From an uncultured delta proteobacterium (GTDB taxonomy: Bacteria > Desulfobacterota > Binatia > UBA9968), in contig CAVTUQ010000002.1 in assembly GCA_963737905.1 (NCBI GenBank), forward strand, positions 192,001 to 256,000: a stretch of DNA of 64,000 nt, given 5' to 3'. Positions 11,007-22,516 of the stretch are shown one piece after another. The notes below the pieces were generated by a model. It saw only the letters and a program-made list of their open reading frames with translations. It was not told where the DNA came from and searched no databases. Both the position numbers and the translations under genes were made by a program. How positions within the stretch are numbered: the stretch's first letter is position 1; the number at the start of each line of letters is the position of its first letter.

Positions 11007-11879
11007 CTAAAACAAACCGAATTCGGCCATCTGTTGTTGTAGTTTTTTCAGATTGCCTTCCGACATGGGCGTCAGAGGCAGACGCAGCTCGCTCGTGCAC
11101 TTGCCCATGAGCGAGAGCGCGGTTTTGATCGGAATCGGATTGGTTTCGAGAAAAACACTGCGAATCAACGGAATCAGTTTCAGTTGCAGCTTACGCCCCT
11201 TATCCCAATTCCCTTGCAAGCAGGCATCCGTCAACTGCGACATTTCCTTGGGCGCGATATTGGCGACGGTAGAAATCACACCTTTGCCGCCCAGGGCCAT
11301 GAGCGAGAAGGTTAGAGAATCCTCGCCGGAATAGACCGCCAGATTCTCACCGCAAAGACGAATCACGTCGATGGCCTGATCGACGGAGCCGGTGGCCTCT
11401 TTGACTCCGGCAACGTTTTCGATCTCCGACAGCCGCGCCAACGTTTCCGGCTCGATTTTCGAACCCGTACGACCGGGAATGTTATAAACGATAATTGGAA
11501 TGCCCACCGACTCAGCGACTTTCTTGTAGTGCTGATAAATGCCTTCCTGGGTGGGCCGGTTGTAATAGGGTGAAATCATCAAAGCGCCGTCGGCGCCCGC
11601 CCTCTCCGCTCCCTTCGTCAGTTCAACCGCTTCCGCAGTCGAATTCGATCCCGTCCCGGCGATGACTGGAACTCGCTTGTTTACTGCTTTAATGACCCTT
11701 TCGACGACTTCACGGTGCTCCTTATGGTCAAGCGTCGCCGACTCGCCGGTGGTCCCGCACGGGACGATACCGTTCGAGCCGTTCTTGATGTGAAAGTCCA
11801 CCAGCCCTTCGAGGCTTTGCCAATCGACTTTGCCGTCTCTGAAAGGCGTCACCAAGGCGACCATGGAACCAGCAAACAT
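11007..11879 (-). CDS. dapA: 4-hydroxy-tetrahydrodipicolinate synthase
   Basis: ALVTPF, GTTGES, YNIPGRT, GVKEA, ETNPIP. Confidence 0.97.
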   Translation of the reverse strand: MFAGSMVALVTPFRDGKVDWQSLEGLVDFHIKNGSNGIVPCGTTGESATLDHKEHREVVERVIKAVNKRVPVIAGTGSNSTAEAVELTKGAERAGADGALMISPYYNRPTQEGIYQHYKKVAESVGIPIIVYNIPGRTGSKIEPETLARLSEIENVAGVKEATGSVDQAIDVIRLCGENLAVYSGEDSLTFSLMALGGKGVISTVANIAPKEMSQLTDACLQGNWDKGRKLQLKLIPLIRSVFLETNPIPIKTALSLMGKCTSELRLPLTPMSEGNLKKLQQQMAEFGLF

Positions 11880-11890
11880 AGGCTTCTCTC

Positions 11891-12712
11891 CTAATGGACC
11901 TTGACGGTGCCGTGAAAAACCTCTTCGGCTCCGCCCGTCATATAGACGCGGTTATTGTCCCGCCATTCGATGAAAAGATCTCCGCCCTTGACGTGGATCG
12001 TCACCTCCCGCTCCGTCCGACCGGTGAGAACTCCGGCAACGCCAACTGCGGAAGCGCCGGTGCCGCAAGCCCAGGTCTCTCCCGCGCCCCGTTCCCACAC
12101 CCGCATGCTTACCTCGTTAGGACTCAATATTTTGATAAACTCCGTGTTCACCCGCTTAGGGAAAAAAGGATGATGCTCGAAACGGGGGCCAATTTTTTCC
12201 AGGTCCAGGGAATCAATGTCATCCAGGTAAAGCACGCAATGGGGGTTCCCCATGGAGACGCACGTGATCTGATAAGTCGCGCCATCCACCGTCAACGGAT
12301 GATTGATGATCTGCCCATCGGCATCTACGGGGATCTTTCTCCCCTCCAGAATCGGCTCTCCCATGTCCACTTCGACCAATTCACCGACGATCTTCGGGCG
12401 AATGATGCCTGCTAGGGTCTCGACTTCCAGCTCGCGCTTCTTCGTAAGGCCATGATCGTAAACATATTTGGCAAAGCAGCGAATGCCGTTGCCGCACATC
12501 TCCACCTGGCCGCCGTCGGCGTTGTAGATTTCCATCTTGAAGTCGGCGACCTTCGAAGGATGAATCGTAAGCAGCTGATCGGCGCCGATGCCGAATCTTC
12601 GGTCGCACAGTTGTTTTGCAATCGCCTCCAGGTTGTCGATGTTCTTCTTGAGACAATCCAGAAAAACGAAGTCGTTGCCGCAACCATGCATTTTAGTAAA
12701 GGCAATTTCCAT
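11891..12712 (-). CDS. dapF: Diaminopimelate epimerase
   Basis: FTKMHGCGNDF, MCGNGIRC, GNPH, ERGAGETWACGTG. Confidence 0.97.
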   Translation of the reverse strand: MEIAFTKMHGCGNDFVFLDCLKKNIDNLEAIAKQLCDRRFGIGADQLLTIHPSKVADFKMEIYNADGGQVEMCGNGIRCFAKYVYDHGLTKKRELEVETLAGIIRPKIVGELVEVDMGEPILEGRKIPVDADGQIINHPLTVDGATYQITCVSMGNPHCVLYLDDIDSLDLEKIGPRFEHHPFFPKRVNTEFIKILSPNEVSMRVWERGAGETWACGTGASAVGVAGVLTGRTEREVTIHVKGGDLFIEWRDNNRVYMTGGAEEVFHGTVKVH

Positions 12713-12830
12713 CTTGCTTACTTTTTCGAGCTCCGAAATCCCCCGGCCTTCGGCCCGCGCCTTTGCAAAGGGGGCTCATGGGGGATTTTGCCCTGCTGAC
12801 CGCTGACTTCCGACTTCTTTTACCTCTGGT

Positions 12831-14105
12831 TCATTGCAGCGCCGCCGGGATGACTTCGCCTCTGATCAAATCGTCAAAGTTCTCCCGCGCGCGAATCACA
12901 TAGTACTGATCCCCATCCACCAAAATCTCCGGCGGCTTGGGATGGGAATTGTAGTTCGACGCCATAGTAAAACCGTAGGCGCCCGCGCTCATCACCGCCA
13001 GGAGGTCACCGCGCCCGGGTCGCGCAATCTCCCGGTCTTTGGCGAAGAAGTCCCCGCTCTCGCAAATCGGACCGACGATGTCCGCCACGATCCTTTCACC
13101 GTTTTTTTGCACCACCGGCTGAATCGCCTGATACGAACCGTAGAGCGCAGGCCGAATAAGATCATTCATCCCGCCATCGACGATGACGAATTTCTTTTCG
13201 TCGGTCTCCTTGAGGTACTGGACTTCGGTGACAAGAATGCCGGCGTTACCCACGATGACGCGACCGGGTTCGAGGATGAGAGTCACATCGAGCCCTTCCA
13301 GGCCCTGTATGATCGCGTTGGCATATTCCTCCGGATGCGGAGGCATTTCATCTTTATAACTGATTCCCAAGCCTCCACCCAGGTCGAGATAGCGGATCCG
13401 GGCGCCTTCTTTTTGCAAGGAACCCACGAGAACACGATCCAAGTATTCGCGCACGCGCGCCAGAGCATCGACGAAAGGGGAAACGGAGGTCAGCTGGGAA
13501 CCAATGTGGCAATCCACACCCACGACTTCCAGGTTCCGCAGCGAAGCGGCTTTTCTGTAGCTCTCGACGGAGCGTTTGATATCGACGCCGAACTTGGCCT
13601 TTTTCATGCCGGTGGAAATATAAGGATGGGTTTGCGGATCGACGTCCGGATTAATCCGCAAGCTGATGGGCGCCCTTTTGCCGATCCCGCCGGCGATTTC
13701 GTTTAAAACCGTCATCTCATGCTCGGACTCAACATTGAACATCAGGATGCCGGAGTTGAGAGCGTATTCGATTTCTTCTTTCTTTTTACCGACGCCGGAG
13801 AAGACAATCTTTTTCGGATCGGCCCCGGCTCTGAGCGCGCGAAACAACTCGCCGCCGGAAACGATGTCGAACCCGCCCCCCTCTTTGGCGAAAGTCCTCA
13901 AGAGCGCTAGGTTGGAGTTTGCCTTGACAGAGAAACAGACGATGTGCGGAACCTTTGCGAAAGCTTGATCAAAAACGCGGAAGTGACGTTTCAACGTCGC
14001 GAGGCTGTAAACATAAGCCGGCGTGCCGACTTCTTTGGCAATGCGCTTCACGGGCACGTCCTCGGCGAACATTTCTCCGTTGCGGTATTCAAAATGATTC
14101 ATCAC
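12831..14105 (-). CDS. lysA: Diaminopimelate decarboxylase
   Basis: VKAN, HIGSQ, LDLGGG, EPGR, GPICESGD, GAYG. Confidence 0.97.
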   Translation of the reverse strand: MMNHFEYRNGEMFAEDVPVKRIAKEVGTPAYVYSLATLKRHFRVFDQAFAKVPHIVCFSVKANSNLALLRTFAKEGGGFDIVSGGELFRALRAGADPKKIVFSGVGKKKEEIEYALNSGILMFNVESEHEMTVLNEIAGGIGKRAPISLRINPDVDPQTHPYISTGMKKAKFGVDIKRSVESYRKAASLRNLEVVGVDCHIGSQLTSVSPFVDALARVREYLDRVLVGSLQKEGARIRYLDLGGGLGISYKDEMPPHPEEYANAIIQGLEGLDVTLILEPGRVIVGNAGILVTEVQYLKETDEKKFVIVDGGMNDLIRPALYGSYQAIQPVVQKNGERIVADIVGPICESGDFFAKDREIARPGRGDLLAVMSAGAYGFTMASNYNSHPKPPEILVDGDQYYVIRARENFDDLIRGEVIPAALQ

Positions 14106-14542
14106 GGACCTCGCATAATTTCGACTTCATTCGATGGCTCGCTCAATGAACCGTCCTTTAACTCGGACGACACCCTATAACGATACGTCATCTTGGCCTG
14201 GACCTCTTCATCCACATACCGATATTGCTTTTGTTGGACAAATCTTTCTCGATCTTCGACGTCCACCGTCGTCAACGGTCGATAGGGAGCCGGGCAGTCG
14301 ACGCACGTCGGGGAAATGTCCTTCCGAAAAATAACAAAGCCCGTCAGATCCTTTAGCGCGCTGCCGTCTACATACTCCGTCGGCCGTCTCCAGGTGAGAG
14401 ACACGCCGTTGGGGACGGACGTGGCCGTCAAATTTTCGATAACCCGAGGCGTGGCTAACTCAGGCGCCCGCAGATCTCCTCTTTTTCCACAACCCGCGAA
14501 GAGGAGAACAAGCATCGGTATCAGAGCAACGAGGGCCCTCAT
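14102..14542 (-). CDS. Lipoprotein with a fibronectin-III-like domain
   Basis: Lipobox FAGC-GKRG; LTW and YRYRV motifs; located between argH and lysA. Confidence 0.75.
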   Translation of the reverse strand: MRALVALIPMLVLLFAGCGKRGDLRAPELATPRVIENLTATSVPNGVSLTWRRPTEYVDGSALKDLTGFVIFRKDISPTCVDCPAPYRPLTTVDVEDRERFVQQKQYRYVDEEVQAKMTYRYRVSSELKDGSLSEPSNEVEIMRGP

Positions 14543-15916
14543 CTATGCCCTCAATTCTTTCAGCCGTCGCATGACAGTGTCCCGGGCCGTGCCTCCGAAA
14601 GCGCGCCGGCGATTGACGACCGACTCCGTCGACAGAAAGTCATAGACGTCTTTGTCGATTTTTTTGGAAAAGCCCTTCAGTTCTTTCAATGAAAGGTCTT
14701 CGATCCGGCAACCCTTCGCGGCACAGTGCCGAACGATTCTACCCGAGATTCCGTGGGCATCGCGAAAAGAAATCCCGCGCTCCACGAGATAATCCGCCAG
14801 ATCAGTGGCATTCATGAATCCGTCTTGTGCCGCGGTCAGCATTCGGTCCTTGCGGACCTTCATACCGTGCACGACCTCAGCCATGATTCGCACGCTCGTC
14901 TTGACGGTATCGACGGTGTCGAAAAGCGGTATTTTGTCTTCCTGCAAATCCCGGTTATAAGCCAACGGCAACCCCTTCATGATCGTGAGCAGCGCCTGGA
15001 GGTGACCAAAGACCCGCCCTGCTTTGCCGCGGACCAACTCGGGCACGTCAGGGTTTTTCTTCTGCGGCATCATCGAGCTGCCGGTGCAGTAACGATCCGG
15101 TAACTCAACGAATGCAAATTCTTGACTAGACCACAAGACCAGCTCCTCCGCAAGGCGACTCAAATGCACGAACAGAACGGCCGCCACCGAAACAAACTCC
15201 AGAACGAAGTCGCGATCGCTGACCGTGTCGATACTATTTTTCGAAACCCGTGGGAAGTTGAGAAGCTTGGCGACATACTTCCGATCGATGGGAAAGCTCG
15301 TGCCCGCCAAGGCGCCGGCGCCGAGGGGCAGCACGTTGATGCGCTCGAGACAGCTCCAAAGCCGCTCCCGGTCGCGGTCGAACATCTCGTAGTAAGCGAG
15401 CACATGATGGGCAAACCGTACCGGCTGGGCGCGCTGCAGGTGCGTATAGCCGGGCATGATCACGTCCAAATGTTTCTTGGCTGCGTCCGTCAGCGCCTGC
15501 TGGAGCACTTGCAGATCCTCGTTGATGAGCGCAACTTCTTCCCGCAGAAAAAGACGCATATCCAGGGCGACTTGATCGTTGCGACTGCGCGCTGTGTGGA
15601 GCTTCCTTCCGGCCGCCCCGATCTTCTCGCTTAATCGGCGCTCGATGTTCATATGGATATCTTCGTCGGCTGAAGAAAAAACAAACTTGCCGCTCTCGAT
15701 TTCTTGCTCGATGGTTTTCAAGCCGCGGACAATTTTCCGCGCGTCCTGCGCCGGGATGATCCGTTGTCGCGCCAGCATTTTGGCGTGGGCGATGCTGCCC
15801 GCGATGTCGTGACGGTAAAGCCGGGAATCGACATCGACGGAAGCCGTAAAGGCCTCCACCGAACCCACCGTCCCGGCGGCAAACCGCCCGCCCCAGAGCT
15901 TTTTGACTCTAGCCAC
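14543..15916 (-). CDS. argH: Argininosuccinate lyase
   Basis: [36 protein letters not shown]. Confidence 0.97.
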   Translation of the reverse strand: MARVKKLWGGRFAAGTVGSVEAFTASVDVDSRLYRHDIAGSIAHAKMLARQRIIPAQDARKIVRGLKTIEQEIESGKFVFSSADEDIHMNIERRLSEKIGAAGRKLHTARSRNDQVALDMRLFLREEVALINEDLQVLQQALTDAAKKHLDVIMPGYTHLQRAQPVRFAHHVLAYYEMFDRDRERLWSCLERINVLPLGAGALAGTSFPIDRKYVAKLLNFPRVSKNSIDTVSDRDFVLEFVSVAAVLFVHLSRLAEELVLWSSQEFAFVELPDRYCTGSSMMPQKKNPDVPELVRGKAGRVFGHLQALLTIMKGLPLAYNRDLQEDKIPLFDTVDTVKTSVRIMAEVVHGMKVRKDRMLTAAQDGFMNATDLADYLVERGISFRDAHGISGRIVRHCAAKGCRIEDLSLKELKGFSKKIDKDVYDFLSTESVVNRRRAFGGTARDTVMRRLKELRA

Positions 15917-15968
15917 CCTTGCTTCTCTCTCGATTTTCGATTTTGTTTTTGTGATTTTAGATTGGACC

Positions 15969-17165
15969 CTAAGCCCGTTTCAATCGTCGCAGCCTGAGTC
16001 GCAACGCGTTCAGCCGAATAAAGCCATCGGCATCGCCCTGGTTATAAACATCGTCTTCCTCGAATGTCGCCACCTTGGGATCATAGAGCGATGAATCGGA
16101 CTTACGTCCGGCGACAATGACGTTGCCCTTATAAAGCTTGAGCCGAACGCGGCCGCTCACGTTAGCCTGCGCGGCATCGATGGCTTTTTGCACAACCTCG
16201 CGTTCGGGCGCAAACCAATATCCATAATAAATCATCTCCGCATAGCGCGGGATCAGGGCATCCCTTAGCCGCAGTACTTCGCGGTCCATGGTGATCGACT
16301 CCAAGGCGCGGTGCGCCGCATGAAGGATCGTTCCTCCGGGCGTCTCATAAACACCCCGGGACTTCATTCCCACGTAGCGATTCTCGACCAGGTCCACGCG
16401 GCCGATGCCATGTTTTGCGCCGGTATCATTCAGCTTGGCCAAAAGTTTTGCCGGCGAAAGCTGCCTGCCATTCACGGCGATTGGATCCCCGCGCCTATAG
16501 TCGATCTCCACATACTCCGGGCGGTTCGGCGCCTTCTCCAACGGCCGGCACCAGACGAACATGTCCGCCGGCGGCTCCTTCCAGGGATCTTCCAAGATGC
16601 CGCCTTCATAACTAATATGAAAAATATTTCGATCGGTGCTGTACGGCCGCGTTTTCGTCACCGGCACCGGGATCCCATGTTTTCGCGCGTAGGCGATCAA
16701 CGACGTGCGCGAGTTCAAATTCCACAACCGCCACGGCGCGACGACTTTGATGCTGGGTTTCAGAGCGTAATACGTCAGCTCAAAACGCACCTGATCGTTG
16801 CCCTTGCCGGTGGCGCCATGGGACACAGCGTCGGCGCGTTCCCTGGCGGCGACATCGATCTGCGCTTTAGCTATCAAGGGCCGGGCGATTGAGGTGCCCA
16901 GCAAATAGGATCCTTCGTACACAGCATTGGCACGCAGCATGGGGAAGACGTAGTCCTTGACAAACACTTCGCGCAGGTCCCCAACAATGGCTTTACTCGC
17001 GCCGGTTTTAATGGCTTTACGGCGAATCGCCTGCAAATCCTCGCCTTGACCGAGGTCGGCGCAAAACGCGATAACCTCACAGCCGTACTGTTCCATGAGC
17101 CAACGCAAAATAACCGAAGTGTCCAGTCCGCCTGAATAGGCCAAGACAACCTTTTTCACTTTCAT
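15969..17165 (-). CDS. argG: Argininosuccinate synthase
   Basis: [35 protein letters not shown]. Confidence 0.97.
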   Translation of the reverse strand: MKVKKVVLAYSGGLDTSVILRWLMEQYGCEVIAFCADLGQGEDLQAIRRKAIKTGASKAIVGDLREVFVKDYVFPMLRANAVYEGSYLLGTSIARPLIAKAQIDVAARERADAVSHGATGKGNDQVRFELTYYALKPSIKVVAPWRLWNLNSRTSLIAYARKHGIPVPVTKTRPYSTDRNIFHISYEGGILEDPWKEPPADMFVWCRPLEKAPNRPEYVEIDYRRGDPIAVNGRQLSPAKLLAKLNDTGAKHGIGRVDLVENRYVGMKSRGVYETPGGTILHAAHRALESITMDREVLRLRDALIPRYAEMIYYGYWFAPEREVVQKAIDAAQANVSGRVRLKLYKGNVIVAGRKSDSSLYDPKVATFEEDDVYNQGDADGFIRLNALRLRLRRLKRA

Positions 17166-17183
17166 CTTGGTCTTTGCAGTCCT

Positions 17184-18134
17184 TTACGTGCTAATCCATG
17201 GGTCATTGTCTAGATCTTTAAAGCTTCTTAACAGCCAAACCATAATCGCCTTCTGCACATGAAGCCGGTTTTCGGCCTGATCGAAGGCGATGCATTGCGG
17301 TCCTTCCAGCACTTCATGAGTAATCTCTTGACCGCGATGGGCTGGGAGACAGTGCATCACCACTGCATCCTTCTTCGCCATCGCCACGACTCTCGCATTC
17401 ACTTGATACTCCTGAAAGGCTTTGAGTCGCTTCGCGGCTTCCTCCTCTTGTCCCATGCTGGCCCAAACATCCGTGTAAACCGCATCGGCTCCTGTGACGG
17501 CTTCTTCGACAGAGTGCGTCACTGTGATTCGCGCCCCGTCTTTTCGCGCCTGCTCTTCGATTTCCCGGTTGGGCTCGTAACCTTGAGGACATGCCACGGC
17601 GAACGAAATCGGCAACTTTTCCGCCGCCTCCATCCAGGAGTGGACCATATTATTGCCATCCCCGACAAAAGCCACTTTCAACCCTTTTAAATCCCCTTTG
17701 TGCTCTATGAGCGTGAGACAATCCGCAAGCACCTGGCAAGGATGGGACAGATCCGTAAGCGCGTTTATGACCGGCACCGAGGCATAGGCGGCCATTTCTT
17801 CCAGCGTGCTTTGCGAAAAAGTTCGCACCGTAATGAGGTCCACCCATCGGCTAAGACTGCGGGCGCAATCAGCGGGAGTCTCCCGCACCCCGAGTTGGAC
17901 TTCGTTGGGGCCCAGGAACACCGCATGGCCGCCGAGTTGCACCATCCCCGCCTCGAAGGTTACGCGCGTTCGCAAGCTCGGTTTCTCGAAGATCATCGCC
18001 AGACATTTACGGGCCAACAGCGGATGGGGAATCTCCTGTCTTTGTTTCCGTTTGAGACCCGTCGCTAGCCCAAAAATCCTCACCATCTCTTCACGACTGA
18101 GATCCCTGAAATTGAGTAGGTCGCGCTTGTTCAT
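17184..18134 (-). CDS. argF: Ornithine carbamoyltransferase
   Basis: FEKPSLRTR, HPCQ, DVWASMG, HCLP. Confidence 0.96.
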   Translation of the reverse strand: MNKRDLLNFRDLSREEMVRIFGLATGLKRKQRQEIPHPLLARKCLAMIFEKPSLRTRVTFEAGMVQLGGHAVFLGPNEVQLGVRETPADCARSLSRWVDLITVRTFSQSTLEEMAAYASVPVINALTDLSHPCQVLADCLTLIEHKGDLKGLKVAFVGDGNNMVHSWMEAAEKLPISFAVACPQGYEPNREIEEQARKDGARITVTHSVEEAVTGADAVYTDVWASMGQEEEAAKRLKAFQEYQVNARVVAMAKKDAVVMHCLPAHRGQEITHEVLEGPQCIAFDQAENRLHVQKAIMVWLLRSFKDLDNDPWIST

Positions 18135-18148
18135 AGGCCAAACGGTGG

Positions 18149-19339
18149 TTACAGGCGTGCGAGCACTTTGTCTAAAATCGCAAGCCCGCGATCGACCTCT
18201 TTTTGCGTGATGGTCAGCGGCGGAACAAAACGAAGAATTTTATAGGCCGTACAATTAATCAGCAGTCCTTCTTCCATGCAGGCATCGACAATCTTCGCCC
18301 CCTCGATTTCCAGCTCCAGGCCGAGCATAAGTCCCTTGCCGCGAATGTTCTTCACGAACGGAAAACGATCTTTCAGTCTGCCCAAGCCGCGTACAAAAAC
18401 TTTTTCCATCCTGGCACAATTCTTAAGCACGCCGCCTTTGAGCAAGGTTTTCATCACCGCCAAGCCGACGCTGCAAGCCAGCGGGTTGCCGCCAAAAGTC
18501 GAAGCATGACTTCCAGGGACAAAACTCTGCGCCACTGCTTCTCGCGCCAGCATCGCGCCCAGCGGCAATCCGCCGCCTAAAGCCTTTGCCAGCGTCATGA
18601 TATCCGGCGTCACGCCGAAGTGTTCATAGCCGAAAAGTTTCCCGGTCCGCCCCATGCCCGTTTGTACTTCGTCAAATATCAGGAGCAGGCCACGGCGGTC
18701 GCACAGCTCTCGGAGACCCTGCAGATAATTTTGATCAGGCACATTGATGCCACCCTCGCCCTGGATGGGTTCCACGAGAATGCCCACCGTTTTTTGGGTG
18801 TCGATCGCCTCCTCAGCGGCCCGCAGGTCATTAAAAGGAACCTGGCGAAAGCCCTCCGGCAAGGGGTCGTACCCCGCCCTCACCTTTTCCTGGCCCGTCG
18901 CCGTTAACGTCGCGAGTGTGCGTCCATGAAAGGAATTGTGGGCGGAGAGAATCTCATATTTGCCGCCGAGATGCGCCGCGCCGTAGCGCCGCGCCAATTT
19001 GATCGCGGCTTCGTTGGCTTCCGCGCCGCTGTTACAAAAAAAAACGCGGTCAGCGAATGAATGGCGGCAAAGGTCCCGCGCCAGCTCCGATTGCGGCAGA
19101 ATATGATAGAGGTTGGAGACGTGCAGTAGTTTGCGCGATTGTTGCTGGATCGCGCGGACGACGGCCGGATGGCAGTGGCCCAGGCTATTCACGGCGATGC
19201 CGGCCAAGAAGTCGAGATACTCTTTGCCGTCAGCGTCCCACACCCGGGCGCCTTTGCCGCGAACCAGGGCGATGGGATAGCGCGCATACGTCTGAGCGAC
19301 GTATTGATCGGTGAGCTTGGCGACATCCCGGTTCTTCAT
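18149..19339 (-). CDS. argD: Acetylornithine aminotransferase
   Basis: NSGAEANE, FHGRT, DEVQTG, AKALGGG, HASTFGGN. Confidence 0.95.
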   Translation of the reverse strand: MKNRDVAKLTDQYVAQTYARYPIALVRGKGARVWDADGKEYLDFLAGIAVNSLGHCHPAVVRAIQQQSRKLLHVSNLYHILPQSELARDLCRHSFADRVFFCNSGAEANEAAIKLARRYGAAHLGGKYEILSAHNSFHGRTLATLTATGQEKVRAGYDPLPEGFRQVPFNDLRAAEEAIDTQKTVGILVEPIQGEGGINVPDQNYLQGLRELCDRRGLLLIFDEVQTGMGRTGKLFGYEHFGVTPDIMTLAKALGGGLPLGAMLAREAVAQSFVPGSHASTFGGNPLACSVGLAVMKTLLKGGVLKNCARMEKVFVRGLGRLKDRFPFVKNIRGKGLMLGLELEIEGAKIVDACMEEGLLINCTAYKILRFVPPLTITQKEVDRGLAILDKVLARL

Positions 19340-19341
19340 GT

Positions 19342-20223
19342 CTATTTCCTCACCACCTCGGTGCCGACGCCCTCTTTCGTGAAGATCTCCAGGAGAACGG
19401 CGTGCTTGACCCTGCCGTCGATAATGTGCGTTTTCTCCACGCCGCCTTTCAGAGCGTTAATGCAGCATTCCACTTTAGGGATCATTCCCGAGGCGACGAC
19501 GCCGTCCTGGATCATTTTGCGCGCCTGATTTACCCTGAGCGTACTGAGCAGTTCGCCCTTCTTGTCTTTGACCGCTTCAACGTCGGTCATGAGAATGAGC
19601 TTCTCGGCATGCAACGCCTCGGCCACTTCGCCCGCTACCAAATCGGCATTGATGTTATAGGTCTCGCCCTTGTCTCCACAGCCCACCGGGGCGATGACGG
19701 GAATGAACTTGTTCTCGTCCAGGGAGTCGATCACCAACGGGTTGATGCCCACGATCTCGCCTACCATGCCGATATCGACGATCTCCGGCGGCTCGCCATT
19801 GGAGGAAACAGTAACGTTCATTTTGCGCGCGAGGATGAGTCCGCCATCCTTGCCGCTCAAACCCACTGCCATGCCGCCGTGCTGATTGATCAAGGTAACA
19901 ATCTCCTTGTTGACCTTGCCCACAAGAACCATCTCCACAATGTCCAACGTCTCTTGGTCTGTCACCCGCATCCCGCGCACATAGCGGCTCGTTATCCCCA
20001 TCTTGTCCAACACCTCGTCGATCTGGGGACCGCCACCGTGAACCACGACCGGGTTGATACCGACATACTTGAGCAGCACGATGTCCTGGGCAAAGCTTTC
20101 CTTCAGCTCTTCATCGGTCATGGCATGGCCGCCATACTTGATGACAAAAGTTTTCCCGTAGAAGCGTCGAAAATAGGGAAGCGCCTCCATCAAGACGTCA
20201 GCCTTGCTGATGAAATTTTCCAT
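19342..20223 (-). CDS. argB: Acetylglutamate kinase
   Basis: IKYGG, VHGGGP, NINAD, GMIPK. Confidence 0.96.
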   Translation of the reverse strand: MENFISKADVLMEALPYFRRFYGKTFVIKYGGHAMTDEELKESFAQDIVLLKYVGINPVVVHGGGPQIDEVLDKMGITSRYVRGMRVTDQETLDIVEMVLVGKVNKEIVTLINQHGGMAVGLSGKDGGLILARKMNVTVSSNGEPPEIVDIGMVGEIVGINPLVIDSLDENKFIPVIAPVGCGDKGETYNINADLVAGEVAEALHAEKLILMTDVEAVKDKKGELLSTLRVNQARKMIQDGVVASGMIPKVECCINALKGGVEKTHIIDGRVKHAVLLEIFTKEGVGTEVVRK

Positions 20224-20326
20224 AGAAGGGCAATCCTCTTAAGGCACCGGCCTATGCGCTCGGCAGGAGTCGGTCCAAGGTCGAAGCAATGTCCGCTGTC
20301 CAGATACCAATAAACCCATTAATAGA

Positions 20327-21721
20327 TCAGAGGATATAGCGTGACAAGTCCTCGTTGTCCAAGATGGGGTTGAGCCGATCGCGGACATACTGGGCGTCGA
20401 TCGGTACGTCCCTGCCCGGCATCTCCGGAGCGGAGAATGAGACATCGTCGAGTAAGCGTTCCAAGATCGTGTGCAGTCGCCGGGCGCCGATGTTCTCCGT
20501 CCGTTCATTAACGTCAGAGGCGATACGGGCGATCTCCAAAATCGCGTCTTCTCCAAACTTCACGTGAACTTTCTCAGTTTCGAGCAAGGCTGCGTACTGC
20601 TTGATCAGCGCGTTTTTGGGCTCCGTCAAGATACGGACAAAGTCCTCCGTACCCAACGAACTCAACTCGACACGAATCGGAAACCGGCCCTGAAACTCTG
20701 GAATCAGATCCGAAGGCTTCGCGGTGTGAAAGGCCCCGGACGCGATAAAAAGTATATGATCGGTCTTGACCATGCCGTACTTGGTGTTCACCGTAGAGCC
20801 TTCGACAATGGGCAACAGATCTCGCTGCACCCCTTCTCGCGATACATCCGGCCCATGGGTCGATTCCCGGCCGGCGATCTTGTCAATCTCATCAAGGAAG
20901 ACGATTCCCGACTGCTCGACGCGGCGGACCGCCTCACCGATGACTTTGTCCATGTCGATGAGCTTAGCGGCTTCCTCCTGCGTGATGATATCCATCGCCT
21001 CGGGAATCTTCACTGTCTTCTTCTTGGTTTTCTTCGGCAAAAGGTTGGAAAACATCTCCTTCAGATTGAACTCCATCCCTTCCATCCCCTGAGGCGTAAG
21101 CACCTCGATCATCGGCATCGCCGTCTGGGTCATCTCGATTTCCACAAACCGTTCATCCATCTTCCCGTCCCGAAGCATTTTCTTGAGCTTGTCCCGCGTG
21201 CCCTGGAGACGCGCGCTGTCGATGGCCTCTCCATCATCCACGGCCGCGGCGGCACCCGCAGGTAACAAGAGATCCAAAATACGCTCTTCGGCAACCTCCC
21301 GGGCTTTGATTTCGACTTTTTGCTTCTCTTCTTCTTTCACCATATTAACGGCGAGATCCGTCAGATCGCGGATGATCGACTCCACATCGCGCCCGACGTA
21401 GCCGACCTCGGTAAACTTTGAGGCTTCGACTTTGATGAACGGCGCCTGCGCAAGTTTTGCCAGGCGGCGGGAAATCTCGGTCTTCCCGACCCCTGTTGGC
21501 CCGATCATAATGATGTTTTTTGGCGCGATCTCCTCGCGCAAATCTTCCGGCACGAGCTGGCGCCGCCAGCGGTTGCGCAGGGCAATGGCTACGGCACGCT
21601 TTGCCTCTTTCTGGCCGACGATGTAACGATCCAACTCCGAGACAATCTCACGGGGCGTCATGACCGGCGTTGGAACAGCAGAACTGGTTTCCGGCGAAGC
21701 CGTACTTTGAACTTCATTCAT
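20327..21721 (-). CDS. hslU: ATP-dependent protease ATPase subunit HslU
   Basis: [29 protein letters not shown]-terminal SRYIL. Confidence 0.97.
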   Translation of the reverse strand: MNEVQSTASPETSSAVPTPVMTPREIVSELDRYIVGQKEAKRAVAIALRNRWRRQLVPEDLREEIAPKNIIMIGPTGVGKTEISRRLAKLAQAPFIKVEASKFTEVGYVGRDVESIIRDLTDLAVNMVKEEEKQKVEIKAREVAEERILDLLLPAGAAAAVDDGEAIDSARLQGTRDKLKKMLRDGKMDERFVEIEMTQTAMPMIEVLTPQGMEGMEFNLKEMFSNLLPKKTKKKTVKIPEAMDIITQEEAAKLIDMDKVIGEAVRRVEQSGIVFLDEIDKIAGRESTHGPDVSREGVQRDLLPIVEGSTVNTKYGMVKTDHILFIASGAFHTAKPSDLIPEFQGRFPIRVELSSLGTEDFVRILTEPKNALIKQYAALLETEKVHVKFGEDAILEIARIASDVNERTENIGARRLHTILERLLDDVSFSAPEMPGRDVPIDAQYVRDRLNPILDNEDLSRYIL

Positions 21722-21812
21722 GGGAATAGGATAACTCCTAGCAAGTTCAACAGGAAATGCAAATCTCTTTTTTGGAAGAACGTCGGACGGATCAGCTCGC
21801 CCGCCGCTCACA

Positions 21813-21848
21813 TTGAACGATTTGAACGGCTTGAACGATTTGAACAGC
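21813..21848. repeat. Nonamer tandem repeat TTGAACnnn x4
   Basis: ttgaacgat ttgaacggc ttgaacgat ttgaacagc. Confidence 0.85.
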
Positions 21849-21851
21849 CCG

Positions 21852-22382
21852 CTAGGGCAACTCTTCAAAGGTAAGCTGATTGTTAGTGTAGACGCAGATT
21901 TCTGCCGCCACTCGCATCGCCTCTTCAGCGATGACTCGAGCATCCAGCTGCGTATGTTTGACCAAAACACGCGCCGCCGCCAGAGCGTAATTTCCACCTG
22001 ATCCAATGGCGATGAGGCCATCATCCGGTTCGATGACGTCCCCGCTGCCGGAAATAACCAGCAAGTCGCTGAGATCAGCGACGACTAACAGCGCCTCGAG
22101 CCGCCGCAAAACTCGATCCGTCCGCCAATCCTTGGCCAGCTCCACCGCCGCTCGCTTCAAGTTGCCGTTAAATTGCTCCAGCTTGCCTTCGAATTTCTCG
22201 AACAAGGTGAAAGCATCCGCAGTCGCTCCGGCAAAGCCGGCGATCACACGGTCATGATGGAGCTTGCGCACCTTGCGGGCGCTGTGCTTCATAACCGTCT
22301 GACCCAGACTGACCTGACCGTCCCCGACGACCACCACTTTTCCCCCATGGCGAATCGCTAATATAGTTGTACCGTGAATCAT
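21852..22382 (-). CDS. hslV: ATP-dependent protease subunit HslV
   Basis: HG-TTIL N-terminal Thr, GDGQV, GFAG, IGSGG. Confidence 0.97.
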   Translation of the reverse strand: MIHGTTILAIRHGGKVVVVGDGQVSLGQTVMKHSARKVRKLHHDRVIAGFAGATADAFTLFEKFEGKLEQFNGNLKRAAVELAKDWRTDRVLRRLEALLVVADLSDLLVISGSGDVIEPDDGLIAIGSGGNYALAAARVLVKHTQLDARVIAEEAMRVAAEICVYTNNQLTFEELP

Positions 22383-22516
22383 AACGCCAGTTAGCTCCGA
22401 GCTAATCACGTTTGAAGTCTTCAACGATTTGAGACGCTCGAAAAGTTGCGAGAATCAAGTCGATAGCGTTCTATACGTTCAAATCGTTCACATCGTCATA
22501 GATTTTCTGAGCCTGT